Shown here piece after piece: positions 37,562 to 50,808 of a stretch of 64,000 nucleotides of DNA; position 1 is the stretch's first letter; every line of letters begins with the position of its first letter. The notes below the pieces were generated by a model. The model was not told the DNA's origin, did not search any database, and was given only the letters and a program-made list of their open reading frames with translations. Origin of the DNA: Psilocybe cubensis (lineage: Eukaryota); contig CM038998.1 in the NCBI GenBank assembly GCA_017499595.2, forward strand, positions 992,001 to 1,056,000, written 5' to 3'. A program made the translations under genes and the position numbers.

Positions 37562-39907
37562 TCATCGTATATGCGCCAGATCTCTGCCACTATTGGGTTG
37601 TCGAGGTCGAGGGGTAAGAGGCACGAACTGGTTACTATTACGTATAGAAGGCGGGCGGTGTGCGGGAGGTCTTTCTGGAGACCCAGAAGCATCCAGTAAT
37701 TCAGCTAGTTTTTGAGGAGGTATGATGTGGCGAGCAGGGGCAGGTACTCCAACGAAAGGACTTGCTTGTGTTCGTTTACTCGGAGATGTCAAAGCGTCGA
37801 ATCGAGGTACAACGCCTGCTGGTTTGTGACCATCTCCTCCAGATACCGCTCGACGATGCGAAGGTGAAATTGGTTCAATGTTTTCAGATTCCTCGTGTGT
37901 TGTTCTAGATGTTCTCTCCGTATGCTTTTGAGTATGGACAGCATGGGACTGACCGCGCCTATGTAAATTCCAAGCATGCGCCTTTGATGAAAAGAAGGTC
38001 ATGTGGCCGTCTGTTTCTGCCGTTTGTGGATCGTCACTAGTCTTTTTTGGAGCTGTTGATAAACCAGGCGGCTGAAGCCTCTCAGCAACCAGTTTGGGCG
38101 CCACGCCTTTCTTGAATACGTGCATGATACTATTCCGTTTCCCTTGCCCAGGCAATAGGAGTGCAGGGGTACAAGAGAACGTTAAAGGTGTCATGATCTT
38201 CTCTCCTTCCATGACTCTTCCTGAAGTCTCCACTCGGCGGTCATCGATCAAATATTCGAATTGCCAGAACAACTTCGAAGATTCCAATTCCGGGCTAGTG
38301 TGGGATATCTCATGCCCATGCAACACATACACACCGTTATTCTTGAGAGTAAGGAGGGCCTGCCTGCTCAGATAGTCGTGTGTTTCGTCGAAGTTGACAG
38401 TCACTCTTCGAAGGATAGGAGGGGACTCGAAAGGGGCGTGATGGAAGTGGAATGCCTGTCTCGCGACAGGCCTAAATTGTGCCATGACTATCAGCGGTGC
38501 CTTCGAGTTCTGTGAAGGCCGTATCCGCGCCACTCCTCCGAACTTGAACGATGGATGGGCAGCGCGGAACCCCTCTTGGTCGATGAGAAACTGTACGGTG
38601 ACTTCCTTCAGCCAGTTATGTTCGTCCTGTCGAAGTGAATTCTTCTGCGCTGCAGACGGCGATGTCTGGCCTTGGGATAATGCTTCTGGTCGATGGTCAT
38701 AGATCTCGCGAGCAAACAGAGACGCGCGAGGCGTCTCGACGATGACATCCAGATCTCGGTGATGCTCCATTGGCAAGACATTAAGGCGAGGAGGTGTTCG
38801 TTTTCGTGGGCTTACAGTCGTATTCCCCACGTCCTGAACATGAGAAACAGGGCTTGGGCTGCGAGGGAGACCGCCTTCCAAGCCTTCGACTTTAGCGATA
38901 TATTCTTTGTACTGCTTGTAGTCCCAGTCACGGGTAGATATCCATGAAATATTCTTCGGAATTGGCTTTTTGGGAGTTGTAGAGTCAGATTCAGAGCCAT
39001 CACTGTCATCTTGAGCATCCACCGCAAATGAGGTATCAGTCTGTGACTCCGAGTCTGAAGCAAGCTTAAGTGCACTAATATCTTCTCGGGGAACGCTATG
39101 CTCTGCCGAGAAAGAGTCGGGTTCAGATGAGTCCATTCTAGCCACTAGAGATGCCCGTTTACTATGCCCGTCCGAGAACACAGTAGGGCTAGCAAACATG
39201 GCAGACAGATCTCGACTAGCCACTATTGAAGACCGCTTGCGACCTATGGTCGACTGGTCACTTCCAGTACCGATGCTTCCTCTTGATAATGACACAGAAT
39301 TCGGAAATTGCTGAGACAAGGAGGGCGAATCTGGCAGAGGCGGAGACCCTTCCACTACATCATGGTCAGGCTGAATACTTTGCTGGTGACGTTTGTGTTT
39401 CGGGCCAAAGGTACCCACTGAGCTTATAGTATTCGAGCTTTCCAAGGTGTTCAGACCTAGATAGAGAGATTCTGCCACAGTTGTTCGGCTAGAGGAGCTC
39501 GTACCATTGGCACTGTCTGCAGAAATGGTAGAACTTGTAGTAGCAGTGCTACTTCTACGTTCGGAGCCAGAGTGACCAATAGAAGAGCGCTGTTGGATGT
39601 CAGAACCATTGCGCGACAGAGAGGCCGATCGAAATCGACTAGCATGACCACTGGCATTAACAGAAGCAAGCGAGAAATCCGAGATAGAGAACCCTTGCAG
39701 CTCCAGAGGCTCCGCTTCCAAGTCCATATAATCGTCGTCATAAAGAACGAAAGGAATGTGCCCTGATGACCGGTGCAGGTTGAATGTCAATTGAGTAGGC
39801 GTCAAGTCTGGAGAGAGCGGGTTCAGCAGGACATCTAGAGTGCTTTCCGACGCTGCGGGGGATATGGGAGGGGTGTTGAGGTCCTCGTCAAGAGGGAAAT
39901 CGCTCAT
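37562..39907 (-). CDS. Single-exon 781-aa hypothetical protein: Ser-rich disordered N-terminus with a globular-looking central domain
   Basis: Long uninterrupted ORF; the segment FLIDQEGFR..FHFHHAPFESPPILRRVTVN..WQFEYLIDDRR..GEKIMTPLTFSC looks ordered. Confidence 0.8.
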   Translation of the reverse strand: MSDFPLDEDLNTPPISPAASESTLDVLLNPLSPDLTPTQLTFNLHRSSGHIPFVLYDDDYMDLEAEPLELQGFSISDFSLASVNASGHASRFRSASLSRNGSDIQQRSSIGHSGSERRSSTATTSSTISADSANGTSSSSRTTVAESLYLGLNTLESSNTISSVGTFGPKHKRHQQSIQPDHDVVEGSPPLPDSPSLSQQFPNSVSLSRGSIGTGSDQSTIGRKRSSIVASRDLSAMFASPTVFSDGHSKRASLVARMDSSEPDSFSAEHSVPREDISALKLASDSESQTDTSFAVDAQDDSDGSESDSTTPKKPIPKNISWISTRDWDYKQYKEYIAKVEGLEGGLPRSPSPVSHVQDVGNTTVSPRKRTPPRLNVLPMEHHRDLDVIVETPRASLFAREIYDHRPEALSQGQTSPSAAQKNSLRQDEHNWLKEVTVQFLIDQEGFRAAHPSFKFGGVARIRPSQNSKAPLIVMAQFRPVARQAFHFHHAPFESPPILRRVTVNFDETHDYLSRQALLTLKNNGVYVLHGHEISHTSPELESSKLFWQFEYLIDDRRVETSGRVMEGEKIMTPLTFSCTPALLLPGQGKRNSIMHVFKKGVAPKLVAERLQPPGLSTAPKKTSDDPQTAETDGHMTFFSSKAHAWNLHRRGQSHAVHTQKHTERTSRTTHEESENIEPISPSHRRAVSGGDGHKPAGVVPRFDALTSPSKRTQASPFVGVPAPARHIIPPQKLAELLDASGSPERPPAHRPPSIRNSNQFVPLTPRPRQPNSGRDLAHIR

Positions 39908-40189
39908 TATTAAAGGATAATTTACAGGTCAGATTATAGAAAAGAAAGTGGAGCTATGAAATGTGGTGAATGTCAACAAGAAAGAACGATACAGTGGACG
40001 TGTATGCGTGTGATTCCAGGGAGGCGGACCACGCGTCAACCGATGACAAATATTTACTTCGCCTTAATCAAGCCTCATCCTCGCCTCATTTCGCAATGTA
40101 ACGGAAAGGTGCCCCTTATGTATTAAATAACATTAACTACATACGTATAACTACTTTCTAGCTGATTATAGTTTGTGACCTTTTCAAGT

Positions 40190-42680
40190 TTACTTCTGGA
40201 CAGATCCGGATTTAACCCTGTTGGCAATCCTAACTTCCTTCTCATGTATTTTCTCGATGTTTTTTAGCAGGCAGAAATCTCCGTACTCATTGCTCGCCTG
40301 CCACGCCGAGTTAGGAAGCCAGAACATTCTTGTGAGGATGAAAGAATTTTCGGCGTCGAGGAATGGGTGGCACGAGACGCGCTCCCAAGTATCGCTCATC
40401 ACTGCATAGCGCGGTTCCAGAGCGGAGGTCCTGGGGTGTTGAGGGAAGTCAAGGTCGACGAGATAGTCACACTCGCTGACTGGGACCTGCGATGCAAAAT
40501 AACAATATGAGTAAAGGTAACGGGTTCTGTTCAAAGAATTTACACACATAATGCGATGCATCCTCCTTGTTCAGATCATTCAAATCTTTTGGCACGAATC
40601 TAGTCTCGGGTCTTAACCACCACCTATCTGCAAGCTCGGTAATCGCACTACTCTCCCTCTCGTCCGTCGGAAGCTTCTCTTCGAAATGTCTAGGCAACAT
40701 CCCATCAAACTCGCTCTTCACAAATTCGATCTTGATATGGTTAGGAACGAGGAAATGGCCTGGGAAGCGGTACCAGTCTTTTCCATAGCATAACGTCAAG
40801 TCAAACTCTTTGATCGGTGACAGGTCGATGCGCGGGCGTTCTTCTTCGTCCATACCTTCTGGGTAGTCGGGGAGGAGGCCGGTGACGTTGAGTAGGCGGG
40901 GAAGCTCGGCGGACTGCAGCTCGAATACGACGGTCATAGGAGAATGGTAGTAGAACCATTGTCCGAGAATGCGAGCGAGTGAGAGGAAGGAAGATAGGAA
41001 GACCACAGAGAGTGTAAATCTGCTGAAAATGAGCGTCTGAGACGCCTAGTAGGGATAAATGAACAACATTAATATGTAAAATTGGTATCATAAGTGAATT
41101 GGACACTTACTTGGTAAGGGGACTTTGTCCACGAGATGTAAGCGGTTTCCAACCAGCCTCTAGCGAGGTAGAGGCACACGGCGGCGTTAAAGCACAGGAG
41201 GGGATATGCGGGGAACATGAACCTCTCCTCCTTATGTGGCTGCAATGTCAAGATGCCCAGCCACACATATAGCGGCGCAAGTCTCAAGCCTAGAAGTGTG
41301 AAAGGCGAGCTTTGGTTGGGGCTTGGTTTGGTGAGTCCAAGCCTCTTTCGGTCAACAAAGTAGGTGATAACTAAGGCTGGAAGAGAGAAAAGCGCGAAGA
41401 ATATGAGGACGTTGAAGTTGAGGAAAAGGTTTTTGATATAAAAGTGCCAAGGCTCTGTTCCGTATAATGTTGGGCCGCGCTCAGTGCCTCCGAAGATGTT
41501 GTAACGGATAATGTTCCAGGGAACGATTGCAAGCTCTCCGTAGGCGAGACTGTCGATACCAATAACGGGGATCTTATTGCCGTGGTTTGAGTTAACGTGC
41601 AATATCCAGAAGAAACTTGATTTCTTACAAATATAAGAGAAGCAGTCAGCCCTGCCCCAGCCAATCTGATAACACGACCTGCAAACCAACTATTCCAATT
41701 CTCGGGGGTGACCGTGTCTGCCCCATACACGAAGAGTTCTTCGAAAATGAAAGGAATAGCTAGAGCTAGAGCAAATGGCCATCCCACGATACCACCAAGA
41801 GCAAATATCACCGTGGCAGCTAAAGTCCTTCGTTTGTTGCCTGTACTTGATGGGATGCAAGCATAGGAAAAAGCCAAAGCAGTGGTGTACATAGCGAAGG
41901 TAGATGGAAGAAACGCTGTATTGCAACAATATAAGCCTTTGCAATAATCTTACAGAATTGTGAACGCACCTGTAGCAGAGTTCCACATCCCAGCGTTGAA
42001 AAGCATAATGAAGAAGAAATAACGTCCAACGCGTTCGTTAATTCTTTCGGTAATTGCGCGATATAATTTCGCCTCGACGAGTACCGAGATTGCACCCAAG
42101 AAAATTCGAACACCGAAGAAAGCTGCACGCTAACAAACAGAGATTTCAAAATGCAGGAAAATGGCGCAGTTCCTAGCATACGCACCTTGTCTCCAGCGAC
42201 AATTATGTTACCGATGCGAGGAGGCAGGGCGTGCAGCAGAATATACGCCCAACTTCTAAGAGCATAAACTGGAGAAAGCTCCCAAGTCTGGAACCCATAA
42301 CCTTGGTCGAGAAAGTGCAAAGGCTCCCAAAAGTTGAAAACTGGGATAGCAGATGAAATGAATAAGTAATGAGTCGGCAATTAGTCCTGTCGAGATAAAC
42401 TCGCACCTTCATCGCAATCATTGATATTAGAATACATCGCGCCCGAAATACGGATCAAGAAGAGGATGCGAACGGCTAGAGAGAAAGATGGTGCCCATGG
42501 TCGACGTTGTGCTCTAGCATAGGCTCATTGAGCGACAAGCAAGCTATATAGGATCGCAAGTACGAACCTACGAAGCTGGTCCTGCAAGATACCGGTGTGG
42601 CGAGGCGCCGGAGGTGGTTTAGGCTTTTGTTGAGAGTTTGTGGGTCCTCTGAAGCGCAGCTCCTGCACGTTTGAGGACAT
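40190..42680 (-). CDS. ALG9: Dol-P-Man alpha-1,2-mannosyltransferase, GT22
   Basis: MYSNINDCDE|VFNFWEPLH..GFQTWELSPVYALRSWAY, AFLPSTF, GGIVGWPF, GTEPWHFY, QPHKEERFMFPAYP, CYGKDWYRFP and CDYLVD. Confidence 0.93.
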
Positions 42681-43539
42681 TTTGGTGGACCAGAGCAACG
42701 TCACTTGGAGGCGGATACCAGAAATCTCAGCGGAACGCGGGGCCGCGGGCCACGGCTCGTTACGGTCAAATCGGTCACGTGCTCTGTGAGATTAGTCACG
42801 CGAGCATCGTACGCGCTTTTTACCTTTTGATCAGAACCACTCACCGCTGCGTCTGTTCAGATCTAGCTTCTTGAAGTTGATTCCGATGATGGCCCGCTTC
42901 TCAGAGCCATCAGATATCCTGGCTGGCGTGAATGCTACTGTTGTTGACCACTGGCTGTGATTGTCTTTTAGGTGCTTTCTGGCGTCGCGCTTCTGGTTTC
43001 ATCTCAAGGCATCCTGTGGGGTCCATTAAGAATGCTGATTCTTGCTTGCTGGATAATTACTAGTCGGCCAGATCGGATGACCTCGAGGCGGCCGATTACG
43101 GTGTATCCGCGTTGCTCCAGCTGATTACCGTTGGTCCTAGATCATCAGACTTAAGCTCTGGGCAGCGCTGTATATAAATGTGTGCTGCGCGCTGTGTGAA
43201 CCTGCCAAAAACTGAATAACACAGGAGATTAGAACTGTGGGTGGCGATTGTAAAAGCTAGAAAGGACGGCGAGTTGAGTCATGTTTCCTAGAAATCAACG
43301 GAAGTCACCAGCGTAACGGCGGCATTCTCGCTTCTATCCCAAAAAGGTCGCCGAATTGCTTCTTCCAGAGTTTGTAGAATGTCTGTTGTGACGTTACATT
43401 TAAACCTCCCAGATCGATTCAACTCCTTTTTCTTTCCGCCTTTCTCTCTTGTTTTCTTTCCTCCATCATCCCCTCTTTCTCCCTTCAACCACCACCATCA
43501 CCATCTGTCTCTTCGTCGTCCTCGTCGCTCTCCACAGCC

Positions 43540-45567
43540 ATGCCAGACACCCAGGTCACGGCGGACCATTTCATCTACGTCACTCAGGTATACTTCTGTG
43601 GTACGTATACTTGACCTCACTTACTACTGTAAAACTTATCCGAGGATTTTATAGCCATGTGTAACTAGTCTCTTCACTTCTCCGTTTGCTTGCTTTTGAC
43701 GCACATCGATTTGGCCTCTACCACAGACGCCGTAGTTCTCTGGGACTGGATCATCAGTTTGACCAGAGAATATCGCTTTGTGTGTTTCATACATTTTGCG
43801 CATATATTCTTTCTGATCTCTTCCTTCAGGTGTGGAGAACCCATTGGACGCCCGTCAAAGTGGCATACCTCTTCTGCCGGTGAGTATATGCGGCATAAAC
43901 TAGACCATCCACGTTCTCATTCTGCCGTAGTTATTGGGTCATCATTGTCGTGCCGTATCTACTGTACTGCTTTGTTGTTGACCACTCAAGAGAAACATGC
44001 GAACGAATCTACAAGGTTCGTTCTGATCAATGCCGGCATAGATGGTAACAGCAACGCTTTCGTTAGATTCCTGTGGGCCTCGCCATGTGGAACCAAGTGG
44101 GATCAGAATGTAAGTTCTCGTTCTTTTGCTACTACACTCCTCTTTGAACCTTTTTCTTTAGCTGTTCTCCTTATCCGCACGTATGCCTTCTTTAGTAGGA
44201 ACGCTGTTGTTCTCTGGTTCTTGGTTTCGGCATTGGGTGGGGTGGTTGCATACCAACTCTACGTGGATACAACCCAGATGCTATGTAACTCTCAATCCTC
44301 GTTTTGGTGACCCTCTAGACTCATTTTATCGCGCATATAGTGTTACCTTTCTTCAAACCCCCGTTTGTAGGTTATTTTCCTTGCGTCTGGAAACAAACTC
44401 TGAGTGAATTACAGGATAGTGGACCCTGTTTTCCAATGTCGAAGCCACATTCGGCACACTTACTAGGTCTGTGCCCACAATTGCTATACATGCAATCCAT
44501 TCTCTGACAAGTCCTACTTTCCAGGCTTCTTTGTAAGCTTCTTAACGTCACTTTAAGAAGTACTTTTGGTCAACCTTTTTATTCTAGATTGCACCTCTCC
44601 TTTTTGATACAGTGGTCACCATGATGACTGTTTGGAAAGCGTTTACCATACGTAGACGTAATGGTGGTCCGAACAGTCGTTTGATCCAAACTTTCCTTCG
44701 AGAGGGTTCGTTCCTGTCTCTCCTCCTGTCTTTCACTATCCTCAGTGTTCATTATCCAGGTGTTTTTTATTATATCCTGATTTCCATTGCCAACCTGGTA
44801 ATTCATTTCTATTCTACTGTGAAGTATGTGCTAATAGATACAACCAGATAAATGGCGTGTTTTACCTTCAGTGCGTTTTTTCTATTTGACTCAACCTCAG
44901 CCTTCTCATTTCGGCTACTCTACCAGACCCCGACAAGTAATCTCCGCCATTAACATTCCTTTGAGTGTGATGCTGGGGCCAGTTCTTGCATGTCGTCTGG
45001 TAAGACCACAACTTCTGTCGAACTTGTAACATTCTACATGGTTTTACCTAGATTCTCGATCTTCGTGAGCGCGGTTCCGAGACTGTCTCGCACTCGGAGG
45101 GAACAGGAATTGCAGCTTTCACGACCAAGTCGATGACCCAGCAAGGTTCTCCGTACACTCCACCCGGCCACCGCACCAAAAGCGGCAGCCGCTATGGAAG
45201 GAGTCGGGGAATAGTCAGCACCATCAGCTCCAATGTGGTGCTCACAACCCTGGGCAGCATTCATCCTGACCATATGGACATCGATATCGAACAAGACGTA
45301 GTTGAGATGGACGATATTAGGTATGGAATGGGAATGCCCCTCGGCACATTGAGTGCGGCGGTCGGGGGTGATGATGGAGAACCTCTCCCGGACGGAGATG
45401 GTTATAGCCAAAGTCACCGTCGAGATAGTCCTGCGCCAGCATACCAAACCTTGGAAATGGGTAACAGGGGAAGGAGACGATCTCCTTCCCCTAGTCTGGA
45501 GAATCACTCAAACTATTCGGTCAGAGGAATCAGAGTTGACGTTGAACAGGCCTCTTCCTCTCGATAA
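43540..45567 (+). CDS. DUF6533-type multi-pass membrane protein, microexon-rich
   Basis: MPDTQVTADHFIYVTQVYFC..AVVLWDWIISLTREYRF|VWRTHWTPVKVAYLFCR|YW..LLIRTYAF..APLLFDTVV..FLREG|VFYYILIS..ACRL|ILDLRER, followed by a cytosolic tail. Confidence 0.85.
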
Positions 45568-46354
45568 AGTTACAGAAGCAACGTAATATTCGACGAAATG
45601 TTTTGGACCTCCAGTAATTTTCAAGCAAGGCAGCAACACGACCATCGCCATTGACGCCTTTCTTGAACTCGTAATCGTAGCTCAGATATTTTCTTGTTCC
45701 AGGTTCCTTGCTTTCCTCATTGTTTTTTTTTATTTTACCCGTTCTTCTCTTGGCTATTCGTTCTTTTAAGTTCTTTTTGGTGCTTGTATCATATTTGGCC
45801 CCATTCGCAGTTGTATTATTACCGAATCCCTTTCATTATTTTAGATTCTTTTTTGTTTTCATTCATCGCTATCATCGTCGAACGTATCCGCCAGGAATTA
45901 CGCCTTGTCATATCCGGCCCCCAAGTTCTTCCTACACTTTCCCTCTTTTGACCCTTGTTCGTTGTCTATCCGTGTTTCTTTTTAGCTCTTCTCTTTCCGA
46001 CTTGTTTACTCCGGATTTCGAGTAGTTCCATTCATTACATACATTACGATCCTTCCGCTCGCTATAGCATTGTATCCCACAATCAGTCATTACATAGAAA
46101 TCAATTAAAAGCTGTCGCACCATTGTAATATTTCACCTGCCTTCGCGGGAGAAGCTTTTGCTAAAACCTCATTGCCGGACGAAAATGCAATCTAAATTTA
46201 GAACAGCTAATTAATGACATCATGTGATCTTATGACCCAAAATAGACAGCCTCGACGAGCCTCCCCAGGCAAACCGCAGTTGGATTCACAACAACCGGTG
46301 CCTTTAGCGCCATTGCACATGCCCTAGATTCCCTCCTCAAACTACTACCACAAT

Positions 46355-47315
46355 ATGCTCTCAGATGTTGAACGTACCAGCATACAGAAAGGCTCACGCA
46401 GGCAATACAGCGATAATGTCACTGAACTTGAGACAGGAGCTGGCCGAGTCCATGAGTCAAATGGGCTACAATCAAATGGGCTACTGAGCTTTCCACCCGA
46501 GGTCTTGCTTCACATTCGTGAGTTTACACAGAAAGAAAGTAAAACAGGCAAACTGAAGCTTTTCTCCAACAACAGTTTCTTATCTAGACCTTCCTGACCT
46601 AGCTCTGATCGCGCGGGTCGCGCCGTCCTTGATACCCCTTACCGACGATCCAGTCCTGCATACCCACAGACTGAAGATTGTCTCACCCTCAAGGGTAAAC
46701 CACAATTTATTTGGGAAGAGCCCGCAAGGTCATCAGCTTAGACCGACTGTCTCTGATTTGGTGCGCCGTGGCGTCATCAAGGGCATTGCCATCGAGCGGC
46801 GCTGGAGGTCCGGGTGCTACTTGTATTCCCTCACGGTGAGTTTCTTGAGCAAGGCTGTCTCAAGCTGTTTCTTCAGCGATACGCTCATTCTTACTTACAT
46901 ATGACGCCTCCATAAGTCCGTGCTCCAATACGAGACTGGAAAGCGGATTTTGCGGCAACAAGCTTCGCACAAGCTCGCGGTGCAGCTGCGACGACGGACG
47001 ACCGCAGGCCCGCCCGCACGGTCCCTCGCGAGTCTGCACTCTTCACACGTGCTCCCGGACGTCGAGTGTTCCTCGACACGCGTCGCGCGGAGTTTGCTTC
47101 CGATAGTGCGCAAGCTCAAGTGGTCCATCCAGCGCGACAGGCTCGCGCGCGTATTTAAGCACAGTGCGATCCGTACGGGAATTGGCGCGTGGATGGAGAG
47201 TGGAGAGGGGTTTGGGAGGAAGGTTATCCCGGACAGCGAGAAGGTGCGCCTGGCGCTCTGTCCGGATATCAATAGGGCCAGGAGCTTCTTTGAGAGGCTG
47301 AGCGTTGCGAATTGA
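46355..47315 (+). CDS. F-box-like protein
   Basis: LLSFPPEVLLHI|..YLDLPDLALIARVAPSL resembles an F-box, followed by RPTVSDLVRRGVIKG and EKVRLALCPDI. Three exons. Confidence 0.7.
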
Positions 47316-48017
47316 AGTCGCAATATTGGCAGGAAATGCCAAATGAATGGCCTGAGACCTCGTTACTAGCGATGTCGTATCCTTTAATTGGTTGGTTTCA
47401 TTTTGGACGCATACGTTGGTGGATATCCGCTACGGCCTACAAACGACTTTGTTATATTTTTGGGGCACTCTTCTACTCACATTTGCTACTATACCTATCA
47501 ACACATCATGTATGTACAATTGTAACAATTACTGTTGTATCTTTCACTTTATTACATCTTGTCAATCTCAGATGCCTTTCGAAGAGATTTTGGACCTGAG
47601 TACTCTGAGTGAACAATACTACTCACCCCTATTTTCGCCAAAACGCGGTCACGTGTATCAAACAGAAATCACCGTTTTTTGATTTTTGCCCATTACCGCC
47701 ACATCGTACCAACGGCGCTTCCAGCCTGGATGCATAGCAAAAGCATAACAAAACAAGCTTGTATTTAACGAAAAATAAAAATAATAATAGAGTGTACAAC
47801 AAGAATAATCAAGTTGAACACAATAATAAAGGCAATAAGGGCGGTTTCGTGTCAGAGTAAAGACAAGAAATCTGTTGTATAGCTTGAGTATAACCTCTCA
47901 TTCCAAATAAAAATATCCGGGTTGCATAACAATCTTAGTTAAATGATGAGTTCTGGGTCGGATGGTATACCAGGCGAAGGATTGGATTGCGTTGTTTCAA
48001 AAAGCATGACGTAAATT

Positions 48018-50808
48018 TCAACAAGCATCGTCCAGTTCGGGCAAATGAACAGCAGCAAGCCAGGCAAGGACAATTTCGACGCGAGGTCCATGAAGTGGGA
48101 TATTAATGGGCATGACTTTCTTCCTACCCAGTGTGCTCCTTTCTAAAGCAGCCGCTCGTTCTGCGCGTTCGCGTTGGCGTTTGACTACAGGAGCCAGCAA
48201 GATGCGTGCACAGTCCAAAGCTTCTATCGCGTCCGAGCGGGTGTGGCTAGTAGTAGAAGCGGGAGAAGGTGCAGGCCCAGATGTCAACAGATGGTCGTGA
48301 TCGTACTTGTAGGTGTAGCTATTGCTCTCGTTAGTTTTTTCTTCTCCAGTCGGGCTGAGTGTATGCTGCGAAGATGATGAAGCGGAATATAAGCTGCCAT
48401 TGCTCATACTGTAATTCAAAGTAGAGGACGACGACGACGAGCCGTTGACACGATGGCTATTGTCCGAGCCCTGGTATGAACTTGACCTTACAATTTTGTA
48501 AGTGGGCGTCGGCGGCGGCGGAGTCGGCCGAACGAGGGGAGGCAAATCAATGGCGAGTCGACTTTTCCCTCGCTGTGCCGATAAAGAATGGGGCTGAACA
48601 CCATTTTTCCACCCGCTCGCAAGACGTTCAAGAACCTCGATAAACTCGGCCTGAGCCATGGACCTGGGAGGCAGAAAAATGGGGTACCCTTCGAGCCCAT
48701 CCACCACAGAAGCAACGTGGATGAACGTCGGAAGAATGTTGACAAAGTCGGCAAGCATCAGTTCACAAATAAGCACGCTAAAATGGGACTCCACAAGCAG
48801 CGGGTGGTACGTAGTGAACATCGCAGGGGCGTCTGGAATCGGAGGTGGCTGTGCAGAGTGGTTTCCAGGCCTCATGCACTCGGACAGAAGGAAGGCGTAT
48901 TCAGTCTGATAGGCCAGGTCACCGTCAGGGATGGCATTCGGAGATTCGAGCGAATCAAAATGGGCACGAAATTTCTCGTGGTCGCGTAAGCTTCTTTTCA
49001 ACAACTGGGTGACCTGGTCCCTGAAAGCCTTCTCTCCAAGAGTGCTAGAATAGGCGGCAAGTTTGGGTCCATCGCGTTTTCCAAGAGGTCCATCAGGGTT
49101 GCCAATTTCGATGCCGCCATATTTACCGTGTTCGATGTAGCAGAGTCTTAATTCAGCGCCGTCTATGGAAGGGGTTTTACTGACGCCCTCCAGATTTAAC
49201 ACGGCAGTTTCAATCAAATGCATCGCATGCTGCAAATAAGCTGCACCACGGAGAAATAAAAGTTGTGGTTCAATGGGGTCGGGAGCGTCTTCTAAAACAG
49301 ATGGATGTTTCAGAAACGGCTCCCCGTCTGACCCCTCGACCCCATTTTCCATGGCGCTGGTGCCGTCGGGTGGTGCTTGACCGTTCGTGTGAGCCGCAGA
49401 GGACCCTTTCCTGCGTTTCCCATGCTTGGTCGTACGCGAGTCATTCTGAGATCCGTTGTTGTGATGAGCCATCTTAGCTTTACGAACAGCTCGCGCTTCT
49501 TTGAGGGCATGAGTAAAGTCCTTCGTTGCCTGAGGGAATTCATCTCGGAAGCAATGAACGATGCCACGAGTACGGTAGTATTCGAGACGTTGAGGGTACA
49601 TCGCAATCAGGTCGTCCAGAACGTTTGTCGTAGTCGATTCGGCCAGCTGTCTACTGAAAGATTTATATAAAACACCATGAGAAACAACCACAAATCACCT
49701 GGAGGGAATTTTTTCATGGAAAAAATGGACATATCTCGCGTCTGGGTCATTTGGATCTACGATATTAGGTTTAGAATCTGCTCGAGCGAGAAAGCAGGTG
49801 AAAACTTGCCCACTCTGAGAACACGCTCTGCGAGGTCGTCAAAGACGCTGCCTCCTTGCATGACCATGACACTCGACGCAATTTCATCAGCTTTGTAAGC
49901 TTGGGCCAGTTTCTGAACAGCCAGCGCGCGTAATCTATGAACTCGCGTGGCAGACATAGCTACGTTTCTTCCTCCGCTATTATTATTGCCAAGGGGGTTA
50001 ATACCGAGAGATTGAGCAGCTGCCCACGGACTTCCACCAGGGCCAGAGCCTGACCTCATAGAACCTAATTCTGCAGCAGAGAGACCAGAAGAAGCACGGA
50101 CAGACAATTCAGCAGCCTCATCTATCAGCCGTCGTATGTTTCTGACAGAGCGAAAAACGCCAGGGTCTATTGGAGGGGGAGTAGCCTTTCCAGGCTTTGG
50201 AGGTGGAAATGGAGGTGGTAGGGGCATCGATGTAAATGGATTTCGTGGAGAATCTGGAGGCGAGAAGTCGCCGAAGCCATGGAAGCCACGGTCTCTTTGT
50301 TTGCTAGACGATACACTTGACGAAGGGGGAAGCAAGGGTGGAAGACGAGTATCAGGTCCTGACAGAGTACCAGGATCTAGATTGAGAGTTAACAGTGAAT
50401 CGAGAAGCTCTGCAGGGAGTTGCAGCCAAGGTCCCTAGCGAAGGTTGAGTTTGATCGTTAACCAATGCGGATTCGCAAATGCAAACATACATGGTAGGAG
50501 CTTATATAGCGCCAATGCTTATTTCTACTAATACACAGAACAGGCGGACGGTTCTCTGTATCTGCGTCATCAGGGGAATGGGCAACAGACGCGTCCTTGG
50601 CCTTGGATTTCTTGGATTTCTTCTTCTTCTTTTTCTTCTGCGTGGTGGTAGCAGATTCATCCGGAACTTCAATTTCGACAGAGTTAGGTGAAGTCCGTCC
50701 AGATTGTGTGAGAGGTGTCGATAGCTCTGAGGGAGTAGCATTGGTATGAAGAGTGTCGGTGTCTGGAGATGAGGGAACGTCCGGCGTCGGAGATGAAGCC
50801 AAAACCAT
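48018..50808 (-). CDS. Conserved fungal hypothetical protein with a TPR-like segment
   Basis: LCISRNKHWRYISSYH|GPWLQLP, RLIDEAAELSVRASSG, RLRALAVQKLAQAYKADEIASSVMVMQG, YYRTRGIVHCFRDEFPQATKDFTHAL (TPR-like) and EGYPIFLPPRSMAQAEFIE. Confidence 0.8.
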
